Below, in pieces: positions 62,103 through 64,000 of a DNA stretch of 64,000 bases. The DNA is taken from assembly GCA_963841015.1 (NCBI GenBank), contig CAWJAX010000003.1, positions 672,001 through 736,000 on the forward strand, read 5' to 3'. Position numbers and translations under genes: made by a program. Source of the DNA: an uncultured Methanoregulaceae archaeon (GTDB taxonomy: Archaea; Halobacteriota; Methanomicrobia; Methanomicrobiales; Methanospirillaceae). The first letter of the stretch is position 1. Every line of letters starts with the position of its first letter. The notes beneath the pieces are model-generated. The model ran no database searches and had not been told where the DNA came from. It saw only the letters and a program-made list of their open reading frames with translations.

Positions 62103-63329
62103 ATGCATACGCAAGTGGAGCAGGCACAGAGAGGAACGATCACGCTGCAGATGCAGGACGTTGCCCGGTCAGAAGGTATTGATCCTTATGAACTCTGTGA
62201 AAGCATAGCCGCAGGAAGCGCCGTGATTATGCAGCGAGGGAAGCACTATACCGGCATTGGAAACGGCCTTTTAACAAAAGTCAATGTCAATCTCGGCACT
62301 TCATCTACCAAAGTATGTATCGGGGAGGAAATTCAGAAAGCCAGGGTCGCCGAGACATTCGGTGCTGACACCATCAGCGATCTATCCATGGGGGGGGACA
62401 TAAACTCAATAAGAAAGGAGATTTTCTCCCACACCACCCTCCCGATCACCACCGTTCCCGTTTACCAGACTGTGGTCGAGTATGGCCTGAAGAATATGAC
62501 TGCTGACGATATTATCAACACGTTCAGGATGCAGGCAGAGCAGGGCATCAGCTCGATCGTCATCCACGGCGTGAACCATGAGATGCTCGGTGAACTCCGC
62601 AGGAAAAAACGGATTCTTGGGATAGTATCCAAAGGGGGCTCAATAACCAGCGCGTTCATGCTTATAAACCAGTGCGAAAATCCGTTTATCGAGCATTTCG
62701 ATGATGTGATCTCCATCTGCAGGCGGCATGATATCGTATTATCGCTGGGTAATACCGCCCGTAGCGGGTGCATCCATGATCGCCGCGATCGTATGCAGCT
62801 GGCCGAGATCCGACAGAATGTAGAGCTCGCACACCAGGCACATTCGGCAGGGGTTCAGGTTATCATTGAAGGTGCAGGAGGTCATATCCGCAGCGATCGC
62901 ATCGCGCCCCTGGTAAAGTACTACAAGAAACAGTCACCATTCCCGCTGTTTGTTGCCGGCCCGCTGCCTACCGATGTTGCAGTTGGCTACGATCATATTG
63001 CAGGAGCTGCCGGGGCCAGTACCGCAAGTGCCGCCGGAGCAGATTACCTGTGCTATATCACCCCTGCCGAACATCTGGGGCTACCCGGCCCGGATGCGGT
63101 AAAAGAGGGGTTAATTGCCTTCAGGATAGCGGCGCACATTGGTGACACGGTGAAGTATGGCAAGGAAGCGGAAGACACAAAAATAGCAAAGCTGCGGGCA
63201 GAACTTGACCGCGAGGGGCAGATCCGCTGCTCCATGGATCCACAACGGACGCGGGAGTTATCTGACGGCGATCCGGAGTGCACCATGTGCGGAGAGTTCT
63301 GTGCGATCAGGATTATGCGTGAGTTTTAA
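62103..63329 (+). CDS. ThiC-family radical SAM protein, divergent paralog (ThiC or BzaAB/F-like)
   Basis: TKVNVNLGTS, DLS.GG, TVPVYQ, GYDHI, YITPAEHL.LP, CTMCGEFC. Confidence 0.85.
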   Translation: MHTQVEQAQRGTITLQMQDVARSEGIDPYELCESIAAGSAVIMQRGKHYTGIGNGLLTKVNVNLGTSSTKVCIGEEIQKARVAETFGADTISDLSMGGDINSIRKEIFSHTTLPITTVPVYQTVVEYGLKNMTADDIINTFRMQAEQGISSIVIHGVNHEMLGELRRKKRILGIVSKGGSITSAFMLINQCENPFIEHFDDVISICRRHDIVLSLGNTARSGCIHDRRDRMQLAEIRQNVELAHQAHSAGVQVIIEGAGGHIRSDRIAPLVKYYKKQSPFPLFVAGPLPTDVAVGYDHIAGAAGASTASAAGADYLCYITPAEHLGLPGPDAVKEGLIAFRIAAHIGDTVKYGKEAEDTKIAKLRAELDREGQIRCSMDPQRTRELSDGDPECTMCGEFCAIRIMREF

Positions 63330-63418
63330 GGATTTTACTGCCACCCTGTTGAAAAAAACACCTGTTGCGAGATCTTTGCCGTCATGTTTTCATCGGTACA
63401 ACAGACTTTTTGTGCTAA

Positions 63419-63784
63419 CTATGTACGGGTCCTTTGAACAAGTACTTCCTCAGCGATATACCTTATAAGACAGGTATCGCATCCCATTTTTCTCGAATCT
63501 GTTAATATTTCCCGTAAGGTTTCGATCTTACTCAGGGACTGGCCCGACACAAACCGCAGATCCGGATCTATGTCAGAATGGAGCAGATTTAAGGGTGCGA
63601 TTGACCGTAGATCCCGCATGTTACCAAGGGCGTCCGCCGCAAGATACCGGACCCACTTATCCTCGTTATTCAGGGCATCGATGAAATATTCAACGATTGG
63701 CAGAGTAAATCTTTCAAGTGCTTCAAGAGACTTTGTTGTGTCCGGACCGCGTTTATTCACCTTTTCTTCAGGAGTATGTTCCAT
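63419..63784 (-). CDS. Short HEAT-repeat protein with C-terminal CxxC
   Basis: DKWVRYLAADALG..RD.R; GCDTC near the end. Confidence 0.7.
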   Translation of the reverse strand: MEHTPEEKVNKRGPDTTKSLEALERFTLPIVEYFIDALNNEDKWVRYLAADALGNMRDLRSIAPLNLLHSDIDPDLRFVSGQSLSKIETLREILTDSRKMGCDTCLIRYIAEEVLVQRTRT

Positions 63785-64000
63785 GTCAATCAACCTTCCC
63801 CCATTCAGGAATAATCGGAGTAGTTTTGATAAGATAATCAAAATTTGCGCTGCATGTATGCCATTGTAATGTGCCACCATATCTGCCATGCAGAGGAGTT
63901 TGCAGATAAACACCGTATTTCGACGGGTTTCTAAATGGGAGGGGAATAGATACGATCCATCTCAGAAAAAGATTTTATTATTATCCTGTATGCCCAATTA

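Noticed and set aside
63343-63410. IS-end-like CTGTTGAAAAA ... CAACAG between convergent genes
   Set aside because: Match too short, no target duplication or second copy seen

Overview
A 64-kb stretch of mostly core genome from a methanogenic archaeon. Gene content (mfnB, fae-hps, HdrA-like, DGGGP synthase, a proteasome/RNase P superoperon without exosome genes) points to Methanomicrobiales, probably Methanoregula-like; this is an inference. It encodes valS, guaB, cbiMNQO-cbiA, ilvD, a LeuA/CimA enzyme, the rpl15e-to-pfdB superoperon, a sugar-nucleotide cluster, pyrBI, trm1, an ABC exporter and five tRNAs (Trp and Tyr with introns; Asp, Arg, Glu). About ten genes are split by single-base indels, most likely long-read consensus errors. 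No CRISPR array, transposase or provirus was found. Best leads: (1) two diverged copies of a ~210-bp MITE-like element inserted into AATTTTT terminator tracts with apparent target-site duplications; (2) a leaderless 42-aa zinc-ribbon gene coupled to a mosaic IPT/PKD/beta-propeller surface protein; (3) a sensor kinase with Arg in place of the phospho-acceptor His; (4) a divergent ThiC paralog; (5) a tRNA-Trp intron C/D guide RNA with a 61-nt two-hairpin insert; (6) small Cys-rich genes missing from the ORF track. All calls are by eye; no searches were run.
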